This document shows, piece by piece, positions 1 to 8,828 of a DNA stretch of 64,000 bases (position 1 is its first letter; every line of letters begins with the position of its first letter). The stretch is from the IMG/VR virus record IMGVR_UViG_2651870170_000001, one strand, 5' to 3'. The notes under the pieces are model-generated. The model did not search any database. It was not told the origin of the DNA and was given only the letters and a program-made list of their open reading frames with translations. The stretch is from an uncultured virus (IMG/VR IMGVR_UViG_2651870170_000001). Its lineage: Duplodnaviria; Heunggongvirae; Uroviricota; Caudoviricetes. The translations under genes were made by a program, and so were the position numbers.

Positions 1-414
1 ATGCGAGTAACAGAATTGGAAGGCGATACGCTTGACCTGTGGGTGGCCAAGGCTTGGATGGCCCGGTCCACATACGCCACGGTCGATGCCTCTTATGTCC
101 GGGATTATGACTTCCATCCGTCGACCGACTGGGCGCAGGGAGGCCCGATTCTCGAACGCGAGCATCTAACGCTGGAAGCCGGCAACCACTATGGCGGCGG
201 AAACACGTATAAAGCGTGGTTGCGCAACCCCGATGGATTCTTCCATGCGTACGGGCCAACGCTGTTAATCGCTGCGATGCGCGCCTACGTTTGTTCGATT
301 TTTGGCGAAGAGGTTGAGGATTCAGCAATCAAGCCATCCGCAGAAGGGAAAACCGATCATTGGGTCGATGGCGGATACGACCAAAAGATTGACGATTTCC
401 TTCGGGCAAAGTGA
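1..414 (+). CDS. Phage protein, NinX/DUF2591 (ABA sandwich)-like
   Basis: ELEGxxLDLWVAKA...PSTDWAQGGPILERE...GPTLLIAAMRA pattern. Confidence 0.7.
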   Translation: MRVTELEGDTLDLWVAKAWMARSTYATVDASYVRDYDFHPSTDWAQGGPILEREHLTLEAGNHYGGGNTYKAWLRNPDGFFHAYGPTLLIAAMRAYVCSIFGEEVEDSAIKPSAEGKTDHWVDGGYDQKIDDFLRAK

Positions 415-480
415 AACGTGAAAGTTCGGAGAGGAAGTGCCGGATTCGGCCAATGACGCGCTACTTGCGTAGGAGATTGT

Positions 481-699
481 ATGGGCGATGATCCGCGAAA
501 GCCGAAATGGGGCAGCGCCCCATACTGGGCAAAATTCGTCGCGATGGACGAAAACGGTCGCTGGATGTGGTACGAGGGATATCCTGAGTTTGACCGGGAG
601 TCGGGGCTATGGAACTGCGATCACGGCAGGCTACAGGAAGCCTACGTTGAGCAGCTAGAGGCATCGGAGACGCTTGAAGGGCGTCCGGAGGGACAATGA
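481..699 (+). CDS. Hypothetical phage protein
   Basis: ORF with AGGAG RBS; APxWAxFVAMDENGRW motif typical of small early phage genes. Confidence 0.7.
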   Translation: MGDDPRKPKWGSAPYWAKFVAMDENGRWMWYEGYPEFDRESGLWNCDHGRLQEAYVEQLEASETLEGRPEGQ

Positions 700-1028
700 C
701 CGAGATTGAAGAACGATTGCTGCGAGATGCTTTCGACGCACTCAACCCGATGAAGTCAGGCAGCAGCGATGAGGCGCAGAAAGCGCAGCAGGCCCGCGAA
801 AGGATCGGCGAATACCTGAAATACCAGGAGCAGCGCAAGCCGGTTGCATACGTGGCCGCAGGCGTGGAAGATGGCATCTGGATTGTGCTCGCGCAGTATG
901 CTGGCCGCAACGAGTCGGAAGTATATTCGAGAGTCTTGGCCCAGGCCATGAAAGAGGGCTATCGGGGAACTGGCGTGGATCGCATGCGTGAACTTGGATG
1001 GGAAATCAAGGGATTGTATTTGGACTGA
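696..1028 (+). CDS. Hypothetical phage protein
   Basis: ATGA overlap with previous ORF, GGAGG RBS. Confidence 0.7.
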   Translation: MTEIEERLLRDAFDALNPMKSGSSDEAQKAQQARERIGEYLKYQEQRKPVAYVAAGVEDGIWIVLAQYAGRNESEVYSRVLAQAMKEGYRGTGVDRMRELGWEIKGLYLD

Positions 1029-1130
1029 CGCGCAGCACAAGGCTGGCTAGAGAGGGGTGAGCCGACCCCGCAGGATCGGCTGGTAGCTTCTGGCGAAGCA
1101 AAAGCGGGGTGGGTGCTGCACTGTGGGCTA

Positions 1131-1718
1131 TCAAGACTGTGGCAAATTTGCCGTGACGTTCGGCAAGAGGTGATCGGCAATGACGGGAATGATCCCCGCC
1201 GGTTTGCCGATGTGCGTCAGTCGACCGGGATGCATTCCGCCGAGAGGAAGGTTGGGCACAGGATCCGACCCGTTCCGCCAAAGGTGAAGAGGAACCTTTG
1301 ACATCAGGTTTCGCAAGGTCAGGTCGAAACTCACGCGAGCTGGCTCGAAAGCGTACACGGCAATCGGCGGCTTACCAGCGAGCGTCAGGGCAGCAGCAGC
1401 GAGCAGGCTTAATGAACCGCCAAGGGAATGACCGGCCAGTGTCACTGGCTTGCTCCCCACTGCCGCTATCACCTGATCCGCAATAGCTTGCCAGGCAAAG
1501 TAAAAACCCTGATGGCAGTCACCCATACCCGGAACCGAAACCGGCACTGCGTCGAGGTTGTGTATCCACGAGTCGAGGTCATCCGACCCACGGAACGCCA
1601 CAACCAGACCGCCCGCAGTCTCTCGCACGATCGCCCGGGAAGCGCTATCCGCAATGCCGATATCTGGCGGATCGTCGTAGGCTGCCTGGGCGAGCGCGGC
1701 GTAGTCCCGCGCATTCAT
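1131..1718 (-). CDS. Class 3 lipase (alpha/beta hydrolase)
   Basis: VVAFRGS, HQGF, GHSLGG nucleophile elbow, DPVPxLP, C-terminal DH; no signal peptide. Confidence 0.9.
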   Translation of the reverse strand: MNARDYAALAQAAYDDPPDIGIADSASRAIVRETAGGLVVAFRGSDDLDSWIHNLDAVPVSVPGMGDCHQGFYFAWQAIADQVIAAVGSKPVTLAGHSLGGSLSLLAAAALTLAGKPPIAVYAFEPARVSFDLTLRNLMSKVPLHLWRNGSDPVPNLPLGGMHPGRLTHIGKPAGIIPVIADHLLPNVTANLPQS

Positions 1719-2173
1719 TGCGAGGCTGCAACCGGTGCCGAAGCGGCAGGAGCAGCAGCGGCAGTCGGCGTGCCATACGCCGCATAAGCCGCGGCAACCG
1801 CCAGATTGGCAATTGTCAACAGATTGCCAAGCTTCGTTTGATCGGCGGCACTCAGGCCCGCAGTAGCCAACCCCTTGACCGCAGCAGGAAGCACGGTCTG
1901 TGAGATGGTTTGCAGCGACGTGACGTTGATGGCCGCGTTATTTGCACACAGCCCAGCTACGGCGGACATGCCTAGCGCGACGTCGGGATTTGTCACAGTC
2001 GGATAGAGCGCTGTCACGTCCGCAGCAATGGGGTTGTACACATCACACACCTTCGTGATCTGTGCATTGACCTGCTGGGCGACAGTGAGAACCTGGGCTT
2101 GCTGGGGTGCTGAGCAGCCAGCGAAGGCGAACGCGACTGCGCCCGCCAGAACAACGGCGATAGTGCGGAACAT
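1715..2173 (-). CDS. Lipoprotein, candidate unimolecular spanin
   Basis: Signal peptide with lipobox FAGC; hydrophobic C-terminal segment LLTIANLAVAAAYAAYG. Confidence 0.6.
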   Translation of the reverse strand: MFRTIAVVLAGAVAFAFAGCSAPQQAQVLTVAQQVNAQITKVCDVYNPIAADVTALYPTVTNPDVALGMSAVAGLCANNAAINVTSLQTISQTVLPAAVKGLATAGLSAADQTKLGNLLTIANLAVAAAYAAYGTPTAAAAPAASAPVAASQ

Positions 2174-2211
2174 GGAATTTCCTTCAGAAGATGCCGCGGA
2201 GCGGCCGGGGA

Positions 2212-2418
2212 TTACTGCGCGGGAGTAGCCGGCGTGGCGCCGAACTTCTTCTCGATGTACGGCTTAGCCAGATGGCCAGCCCACACGAATGCGCCGGTGA
2301 GGATCGGTAACACCTCGGCTGGTACCGGATGGCCTGCAGAGGTGAACAGCCATTGGATGAGGGCTGCAACCGAGCCCGATGCGACGCCAATGCCGCCGCT
2401 GACGAGTGCGTTGTTCAT
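2212..2418 (-). CDS. Small two-TM membrane protein, holin-like
   Basis: Two hydrophobic segments, basic C-terminus, ATGA overlap with PLD gene. Confidence 0.55.
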   Translation of the reverse strand: MNNALVSGGIGVASGSVAALIQWLFTSAGHPVPAEVLPILTGAFVWAGHLAKPYIEKKFGATPATPAQ

Positions 2419-3059
2419 GCTTTAGTCCTTGCGCGCTTGCGCTTCGATGCGACGCCGTGTTGCGCCGCCATGTGTTCGGCCAGCAATTCGGCCTGGAACC
2501 GAGCCACAGCATCGGGATCGGTGAAAACGGATTGAGTGTTGTTTTGCGCGCGGTACCCGACGCCGCCGGCCGCGCCCTTCACGACGAAAGTGCCCTCGCC
2601 TGATGCACTCCAGTTCGTCGAGCCTTCGGCGCCGACCTTGCCATCAGCGACAAAGCCCTTCGTGTGGCTGATCTGGTGTGTGGCCGACTGGCCAAGAACG
2701 AAGTGCGTCGAGAAGCCCACCGGATCCTTTGCGGCATCCGACTCGAGCAGCCGTTTTTCGTGCACGCCCCCGGCTTGCGACTTGTCGAGCGTGATCACGC
2801 ATGTGATCGACCGATCGTGGACGATCTTCATGAGGACGTCGTTGAGCTCCTCATCGTCGAACCCGAACATGTTCAGGTAGAGCGAGACGGTCACGCGCGA
2901 CAGCACGTGCTTGAGGATGTTATGCACGTCGTCGCGCCCCACGTAGAACATGTGGAAGTCTTTCGACGCGTTGGGTGAATAGCTGCCCTCCTTCGTGTAT
3001 TCAGCGAGATCCGTGAGATCGAAGGTGTGCAGCGTTTTAGGAAAGATTTTTGTGGTCAT
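2415..3059 (-). CDS. Phospholipase D-family protein (single HKD motif, Nuc/Zucchini-like)
   Basis: HTKGFVAD-x6-GSTN matches HxKx4Dx6GSxN. Confidence 0.85.
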   Translation of the reverse strand: MTTKIFPKTLHTFDLTDLAEYTKEGSYSPNASKDFHMFYVGRDDVHNILKHVLSRVTVSLYLNMFGFDDEELNDVLMKIVHDRSITCVITLDKSQAGGVHEKRLLESDAAKDPVGFSTHFVLGQSATHQISHTKGFVADGKVGAEGSTNWSASGEGTFVVKGAAGGVGYRAQNNTQSVFTDPDAVARFQAELLAEHMAAQHGVASKRKRARTKA

Positions 3060-3070
3060 GGCCGTAAACG

Positions 3071-3093
3071 AAAAAACCGCCCGAAGGCGGCTT
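3071..3093 (-). terminator. Intrinsic terminator
   Basis: GC hairpin CCGCC-TTCG-GGCGG followed by T6 on minus strand. Confidence 0.7.
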
Positions 3094-3113
3094 GTGATTG
3101 GAGAGGATGAGGA

Positions 3114-3398
3114 TCAGTCGGGGCTGCGCGTATTGACCGCCTCGATCCATGCCTCTACTTCGGCAGGAATCGGCTGCAGCGTCGGCGGTGTTTGCCCGGT
3201 CAACTCGAACGATCCGTCCGTGACTTTGCCGACGACCCACACGCCCGGCTGCACAACATTGGCGTTACCAGAACTGCGAAAGTCGGCCCAGCAGTTGTTG
3301 TAGTTGTCCGTGGCGACGATGACTGCGTTATCGCCAGAGCTATAGGACAGTTGCGCCCCGCCATTGAGGATTTGAATCGCGCTTCCGATAAGAGACAT
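3114..3398 (-). CDS. Hypothetical protein
   Basis: ORF with AAGGA RBS in late operon. Confidence 0.65.
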   Translation of the reverse strand: MSLIGSAIQILNGGAQLSYSSGDNAVIVATDNYNNCWADFRSSGNANVVQPGVWVVGKVTDGSFELTGQTPPTLQPIPAEVEAWIEAVNTRSPD

Positions 3399-3407
3399 GA
3401 GCGGTCC

Positions 3408-4847
3408 TTAGAGAATGGAGGCAATCAAAGGCGCTTTTCGTCCAGCAAGATATTCATTGCCGGCATCGCCGTTCGGATGTGTGTTGTCGCTCGCGCTCGT
3501 ATAGCGCCCGTGATTTGCTGAAGTGACGAAATTCAGCACGTCGACAAACGGAAAGTTGAACTGCGCGGCAACCGCCATCACCGCTGTGCGCACAAGGCTA
3601 AGATTGGTCGTCGTCCCGAGTGGCGTGGCGGGGCCCATGACCCAGATTCTGGTTGTCGGCCACGCTGCCTGGATGGCCTGGACGCAGGCGACCATGGTTG
3701 AGGAGAGCGTCGTCATACTGCTACCTGCGTCGTTGTAGCCCAGATCAAGCTGAACGTATTGCGGGACGATCGGAACAGCAGTTCCCTGCGGCGTTGACAC
3801 CTGCAAGGTCGACAGGATGCTTTGCACGCGAGTCAGTGCAGCATTGCTGCCGGTCGTGTTCCAGCCGGAGCCGCCAATGCCGTTGGCTAGCACCTCGAGA
3901 CCGAGTGCGGCATAAGCAATGCAACAGTTAGCGGCAGCCGGGCTGCTTGCATCCGTGCCGTAGGTGTAGCTGTCGCCAAAGATCAGGGCTAACGGTTTGC
4001 GAGGCTCGCCGGGATACCAGACCGATCCAGTAGAGTTTGTGTAAATGCCACCGAATGCCGTGTTGACGCCCACCAGTTTGTACGAACGGGGTTGAAAAAC
4101 GCCAGCCCAGTCCACCGTCAGCAGATACGGCGCGCCGCTCGCATCAGTCGAGAAACCTGCCGAACTGATCCGCTGCCATTGCCCATTGACGCGGATGAAC
4201 AACATGTACAGAGAGTTGTTACCGGTGAGCTTGATATCGAAGTGCGCCTCGTCCGACTCCCATTCAACGAGAGTCGCGACACCGTTATTTGCGACACTGC
4301 CGAGATATCCGCTCGTGACATCACCAATGGAATAACCCGTATAGCGATACGTGCCGTTGCTCACCGCACGCTGCCAGTACACGGCGTTCGCGCAAGTCGA
4401 CATCACACCAGCGTTAAAGCCAAGCGTGAAGGTGGCGCCCGTACCAACGCCAGTCGTGGAACTCTGCGCAACAGGATTCGTAGGATTCGCTTGATAGACG
4501 CCCGGGGTAATGACGAATGCGCTCGTAATGGAGCCGCCCGCGCCAATCCCTGACACCTCAACGACGCCAGCCGTCGTGTACGTTCCGGCTGCCAGCGTGA
4601 TCATGTCACCGACGACATACCCCGTCCCCGCCGCAGATACGCCAACGGTAGAGATGCCGCTTCCCTTGTTGAGACTTGTCGTGGGCGGTGCGGCCATGAT
4701 CGGCATGACGTTCGCGAGCGCCACCTCCATCGGCCAGTTGCGCCGACGCGACGTGTCCGAAAGCCAGTTCGACAATGGGCGAGATACGGTATTGCCTGAA
4801 TCCGCAACGGGACTGGAACTGCCGAACGGAGGAAGTGACGATCCCAT
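3408..4847 (-). CDS. Virion-associated SGNH/GDSL esterase (tail spike-like, putative polysaccharide deacetylase)
   Basis: Blocks FGDSY, GIGGSG, LGYND, DNTHPN; Gly/Thr-rich N-terminal structural region. Confidence 0.8.
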   Translation of the reverse strand: MGSSLPPFGSSSPVADSGNTVSRPLSNWLSDTSRRRNWPMEVALANVMPIMAAPPTTSLNKGSGISTVGVSAAGTGYVVGDMITLAAGTYTTAGVVEVSGIGAGGSITSAFVITPGVYQANPTNPVAQSSTTGVGTGATFTLGFNAGVMSTCANAVYWQRAVSNGTYRYTGYSIGDVTSGYLGSVANNGVATLVEWESDEAHFDIKLTGNNSLYMLFIRVNGQWQRISSAGFSTDASGAPYLLTVDWAGVFQPRSYKLVGVNTAFGGIYTNSTGSVWYPGEPRKPLALIFGDSYTYGTDASSPAAANCCIAYAALGLEVLANGIGGSGWNTTGSNAALTRVQSILSTLQVSTPQGTAVPIVPQYVQLDLGYNDAGSSMTTLSSTMVACVQAIQAAWPTTRIWVMGPATPLGTTTNLSLVRTAVMAVAAQFNFPFVDVLNFVTSANHGRYTSASDNTHPNGDAGNEYLAGRKAPLIASIL

Positions 4848-4848
4848 A

Positions 4849-5820
4849 TCAGTCCACCATCACAGAAACGATTGCGGTTGAAGACGGTGCGTAGATTTGC
4901 AGCCGCCCTTTGAATGTCTGCGATGACCATGCGCCGCCCTGAGCGCCGGCAGCCGATCCACCTCCGAGCGCAAACACGCTGGCATTGGCCGGTGCCGCAC
5001 CGCTCGCGGCAGTACCGTCATCGCGCACCACGGCGATCTGGGCGCCGCTCGTGTTTTCGATATCGACGTTGTTGCGGGATGGGGATGCGGGAACGGTTGC
5101 GATCAGGACGTAACTGGCGTATGGGCCTGCGGCGGCAAAAGGCTGGCCGACGACGGGCAGCGCTGGTTGATTGGCCGAATGATCCTGACCCACCGACCCC
5201 GCAGATACGACCGTCGCATTCAGATCCGCCGCATTGCCATTCTTTACGCCGACGTGCTTGATCGCTGCGGTGCCGTTGAACGTAACGCTGAATGTGCCAG
5301 AGCTGAGCGCGCTCAGGCAGACGCGGAATTGCTTGAACGCCCCCGGGTTGGCTTCGAAGTCACCAATCGTGGTAGTGCTGGTAACGCCCTGCGCACCCAC
5401 ACTGATCGGGTAGACCTTCGGGTTGTCCCACGTGACGCCATCCACCGATCCCTGAAACAGGATCGTGCCGACACCGCTACCAGCGATCTTGATACCCAAT
5501 CCACCGATGGAATCGGTATTGATCGTCACCGTGCTGCCTGCGGTATTGCCTGTGGGGTCCGCGACGGTCAGGTTGCCTGTGACCTGGACGTTCTTCGTGA
5601 AGACCGAAAGGATGCCTGCCAGAGCAGATGAAATTGCGGTAAGGAGCGTATTTCCCGCAGTCTGATTGGCCGCCGTGGAACCCGCCGCCGTGCTTGCCTC
5701 AATCGCATCGAGCGCAGCCACTGCTGCATCATCGCTCGCAAGCGTGACCGATACACTCCCAGCACTTGCTGCACGGCCGAGCTTTGCTGGCAGATTGATA
5801 ACGTACGAAAGAAAGGACAT
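4849..5820 (-). CDS. Putative minor tail/fibre-like structural protein
   Basis: Ala/Gly/Ser/Thr-rich beta-type sequence among tail genes. Confidence 0.55.
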   Translation of the reverse strand: MSFLSYVINLPAKLGRAASAGSVSVTLASDDAAVAALDAIEASTAAGSTAANQTAGNTLLTAISSALAGILSVFTKNVQVTGNLTVADPTGNTAGSTVTINTDSIGGLGIKIAGSGVGTILFQGSVDGVTWDNPKVYPISVGAQGVTSTTTIGDFEANPGAFKQFRVCLSALSSGTFSVTFNGTAAIKHVGVKNGNAADLNATVVSAGSVGQDHSANQPALPVVGQPFAAAGPYASYVLIATVPASPSRNNVDIENTSGAQIAVVRDDGTAASGAAPANASVFALGGGSAAGAQGGAWSSQTFKGRLQIYAPSSTAIVSVMVD

Positions 5821-5829
5821 TCGCGCCTC

Positions 5830-6315
5830 TTAGGTATAGGAGATGCCGGTCGGTGCGCCGGAGCTATAGGAAACGGTGCCGACCGAGCCGCCGCCGGTGA
5901 TGGTGTTTAGCGTGCCGTCCGTGTTGTAGGCGAGTTCGTACGCAATGCCGTCTTCGGTATAGCCAGTCAGTTGGCCTGCGCCGTTGTAGGTCAGTCCCGA
6001 GACTGCGCCGGGGGTCCACGCGCCATCACCGCGGAGGAATGCGCCCTGACGATCTGCTGCGGGAGCGGGGACCGAGCCAGCCGTGCCAGCGACGGTGCCG
6101 GTTGAGCCAACCATTGCGGGGGCCTCTACAACTAGCATCCACTGGAGCGGTGCCGTACCCGGAGTGACGCCCTGAACGGACTGAAGCGCGGCCCAGCAAG
6201 CGCCCTCATAATTGACGGCCTGCCCTTGCGTGTAGGTCGTATTCGGGTTGTATGTACCCTGCAACGAGAGTCCAGGCGCACCCTGTGGCCCGGGAATGCC
6301 AACAACAATTGTCAT
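5830..6315 (-). CDS. Collagen-like plus carbohydrate-binding (CBM5/12-like) structural protein
   Basis: GIPGPQGAPG triplets; YxxxTTYTQGQAVNYEGACWAAL...PG...W motif. Confidence 0.6.
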   Translation of the reverse strand: MTIVVGIPGPQGAPGLSLQGTYNPNTTYTQGQAVNYEGACWAALQSVQGVTPGTAPLQWMLVVEAPAMVGSTGTVAGTAGSVPAPAADRQGAFLRGDGAWTPGAVSGLTYNGAGQLTGYTEDGIAYELAYNTDGTLNTITGGGSVGTVSYSSGAPTGISYT

Positions 6316-6322
6316 GTTTGCC

Positions 6323-6763
6323 TCAAACGTCCAGGTTGAGATAAAGCTTGCCGCTGAACTCGCGCACGACTGCGCCGGCGGCGTTCGTTACTTTCATTGT
6401 GTAAAACCCCATCTGGAACGCAGTGCCGCCGGTCTGGAGTGGGGCGGGCAGTCCTGTTGGCGTGAAAGTCGACGTCATCGAGGCGGGTACATTCCACGCA
6501 ATTGAGCCGGCCGCAACGTTGATGACGAGCGTTCCTGCGGCAGTCGAAAGCTGAAAGATGTTGACCGGCGAGCCGAGGCAGGCCGCAGCCGTCATGACTG
6601 CGGAACAGCCAGAGAGATTGACGGCGTTCGCGGGATTCGTCGGGGTCGTAGGGTTGACTGGGTCGTTCTGGATGAAAGCGACGTAGCTCCAGTCGGCTCC
6701 CTGATTCACCAGGAAATCGATTGTTTCGTTCATGCTGGCCCAGAAAGCAAAATAGCCGCTCAA
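6323..6763 (-). CDS. Putative fibre adaptor (BppU-like) structural protein
   Basis: QGADW...VNLSGCSAVM pattern; position before fibre-like genes. Confidence 0.5.
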   Translation of the reverse strand: MSGYFAFWASMNETIDFLVNQGADWSYVAFIQNDPVNPTTPTNPANAVNLSGCSAVMTAAACLGSPVNIFQLSTAAGTLVINVAAGSIAWNVPASMTSTFTPTGLPAPLQTGGTAFQMGFYTMKVTNAAGAVVREFSGKLYLNLDV

Positions 6764-6825
6764 GGCGGCGCGTTATACCTTGCGATTGGATCGCAGGGGA
6801 TAATTTGAGGTGAGGGGATTCGGGA

Positions 6826-7269
6826 TCAGACTGGCGTATTGAACAGCGCCTGTTCTGCTGCGCGTCGAGCGACGAGGCCGGGTAAGACGTGGCCGGCCGC
6901 CAGATTCCATCGCGCGAACTGTTGAGCGGCGCCAGCGAAGTCGCCAGCATTCAGAAGACGTAGCAGCGTGGACGACCGGAAGTTGCCCGCGCCCACGTTG
7001 TAGACAAAATCACACAAGCTATCGAACTGGTTCTGATTCACCACGACATGGACGAGGCCATTCACAGCTTGGCCGGCGCGATTGAGGCCTTCTTCAAGCC
7101 GCGAATCGGCCTGCGCCTGCGTCCAGACTGTGCCCTGGGTAATGTCCGGCCCAGTCGATCCCCAGCCACACGTCCAAGGCTCCGCACCAGTACCCGGATC
7201 CGGATAGGCAGTCAGCCGGCACGATTCGAATTTCTTCGTGAGTGCGATTCCGTTGGGGGAGACTTGCAT
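6826..7269 (-). CDS. Endolysin, phage lysozyme (GH24)
   Basis: FESCRLTAYPDPGTGAEPWTCGWGST catalytic E-x8-D pattern; NQNQFD, FVYNVG, GLVARRAAE. Confidence 0.95.
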   Translation of the reverse strand: MQVSPNGIALTKKFESCRLTAYPDPGTGAEPWTCGWGSTGPDITQGTVWTQAQADSRLEEGLNRAGQAVNGLVHVVVNQNQFDSLCDFVYNVGAGNFRSSTLLRLLNAGDFAGAAQQFARWNLAAGHVLPGLVARRAAEQALFNTPV

Positions 7270-7276
7270 GGTTACC

Positions 7277-7486
7277 TCACTTCAATAACGCCTCAAACGC
7301 CTTGAAAGCACCCGCCGGCCCAAACAGCAGGACGAGCAGCAGGAAATAAATGATGTATTCGATGCGCTGCATTCGCTTCTCGCCGCGCGTGAACTTGTCG
7401 ATGATTCCCTGGTACCGTTCCGCGCAAACCGCCTCGTGGACGGCAATGCGCTGTTCGTTCTCTGCAATCATTTCTTTGGTGTCCAT
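7277..7486 (-). CDS. Small membrane protein upstream of endolysin (holin/XhlA-like)
   Basis: Helical N-terminus, single C-terminal TM, adjacent to lysozyme. Confidence 0.55.
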   Translation of the reverse strand: MDTKEMIAENEQRIAVHEAVCAERYQGIIDKFTRGEKRMQRIEYIIYFLLLVLLFGPAGAFKAFEALLK

Positions 7487-7505
7487 GAGGCCCCGGGTAG
7501 AAAAT

Positions 7506-7570
7506 AAAAAGCCGCTCGGGGCGGCTTGTATGTGGTATGGACGTAAAAAAACCGGCTCGGGGCCGGTTTC
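7506..7570 (-). terminator. Two tandem intrinsic terminators
   Basis: Hairpins 7506-7527 and 7545-7570, each followed by a T-run on minus strand. Confidence 0.65.
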
Positions 7571-7571
7571 G

Positions 7572-7742
7572 TTATTTGTCTGGCGGTGGCTTCGCGCGCT
7601 GTATCAGTTGGCGTAGCCAGTCAAGGCCGTATGCGTCGATCTTCGCCCATAACTCAGGTGACAGCCGAATCGATCGCTGCACCTGCTTCTGTTCGTCCGG
7701 TAGACGCGGTCGTCCGCCGGGGTGTTTGGGTTTCGTTTCCAT
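7572..7742 (-). CDS. Small ribbon-helix-helix-like DNA-binding protein
   Basis: GGRPRLP...QRSIRLSPELWAKID pattern. Confidence 0.6.
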   Translation of the reverse strand: METKPKHPGGRPRLPDEQKQVQRSIRLSPELWAKIDAYGLDWLRQLIQRAKPPPDK

Positions 7743-7796
7743 TCCCGGATTGTACACGAGAAAAAGAATCACAAAAACTCCTTGTCTTTAGGAGGT

Positions 7797-7809
7797 TTGT
7801 GAATCACAA
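7797..7809. promoter_or_regulatory. Palindromic operator candidate TTGTGAATCACAA
   Basis: Near-perfect palindrome between divergent RHH and OMP genes; GAATCACAA half-site near 7766-7774. Confidence 0.45.
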
Positions 7810-7912
7810 TAACTGCATCGAAAAACGTTTTATGAATAGGAGCGCCCCGCACGGCGGCAACCGGCGAGGCGCTGATGACCCGAAACCAAACTCTGACGTA
7901 AGGAAACGAATC

Positions 7913-8608
7913 ATGTTCGAGAATATCACGACGGGGGTCGTGGTGGCGTCGCTCGCCCTCGCAGCATCAACCGCCAGCGCTGAAAGCTGGTTCCAGTTTG
8001 AAGCCGGTATTGGTGCATCCGTCTACAGCAAAGGGCCGGACGGTCTCTGGCTCCAGGATGCTTTCCCACACAAGCTGCGCCTCGAAGCGCCAGCATTCGA
8101 GACCGGCCTAACCGGCCCTGTCTGGCAATCAGCAAACTGGGGTGTCGATTGGCACGCGGACTGGGCGTGGCTCGGGTCGGTTCACACAGATGCACTCGCT
8201 GTGCCTTTGGACAGCAATTACAATTCGAAAACAAAGTCTTGTAATGGGACATGTCTGCCGCTGGCCGACTACAGCGGCAGCGGGCATGCGCAGGTTGCTT
8301 TCATTGCGCTGGAGCCGCACTACGACATTGGAAAGTGGCGCCTCGGCGTCGAGGCCGGACCGTCCCTATACCGCACGACCTGGGTTGAGAACGTCAATAA
8401 CATCCAGTATTCAGCCGGCGCGCCCCCGATCAGCATGCGCCTCGCGAGCACTGATGGGTGGCGTGTCGGTGCGGTCGTCGGCGCATCGGTCTCGCGCGGA
8501 CCGTTCTCGCTCGTCTATCAACACTTTTTTATGAAGTCGAGCACATCGAACCCGGCACCGCCGATCTGGCATTCGGTTGACTCTCTTTTCATCAAATACC
8601 GCTTCTGA
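7913..8608 (+). CDS. Outer-membrane beta-barrel protein (moron)
   Basis: Signal peptide ending ASA, alternating beta-strand pattern, C-terminal KYRF; AAGGA RBS. Confidence 0.75.
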   Translation: MFENITTGVVVASLALAASTASAESWFQFEAGIGASVYSKGPDGLWLQDAFPHKLRLEAPAFETGLTGPVWQSANWGVDWHADWAWLGSVHTDALAVPLDSNYNSKTKSCNGTCLPLADYSGSGHAQVAFIALEPHYDIGKWRLGVEAGPSLYRTTWVENVNNIQYSAGAPPISMRLASTDGWRVGAVVGASVSRGPFSLVYQHFFMKSSTSNPAPPIWHSVDSLFIKYRF

Positions 8609-8660
8609 GGCTGGAGCCGCAGCTTCTGGTAAATTAGCGCTTTCGCTCAGGGAGCACGGG

Positions 8661-8828
8661 ATGACGGACGACACAAAAGAAGTGACATACCGCGTCGAAT
8701 TCGAAACCGGCGATGTGATGCATACCACCGACAGGGATCTAGCCATCCTTCACCGCGAGAAAGGTCGTCTCGTCACGCCAGACCCGCATGAGCAGTCCGA
8801 GCACCACTCCACCAAAGAAAAAGAATGA
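8661..8828 (+). CDS. Hypothetical protein
   Basis: GGGAG RBS; ATGA overlap with next gene. Confidence 0.5.
   Translation: MTDDTKEVTYRVEFETGDVMHTTDRDLAILHREKGRLVTPDPHEQSEHHSTKEKE

Noticed and set aside
6312..6950. 212-aa same-strand ORF overlapping endolysin and next gene (possible nested Rz1)
   Set aside because: No lipobox or signal peptide; composition typical of an alternate frame.
7872..7886. Hammerhead ribozyme core CTGATGA-CCC-GAAAC
   Set aside because: No stem II and no NUH cleavage site with matching stem III.
7586..7912. Long N-terminal extension of the OMP ORF (similar extensions on ORF calls starting at 13529, 35836, 41040, 44069)
   Set aside because: Extensions overlap neighbouring genes or RNA elements; downstream starts fit RBS, signal peptide or gene packing better.
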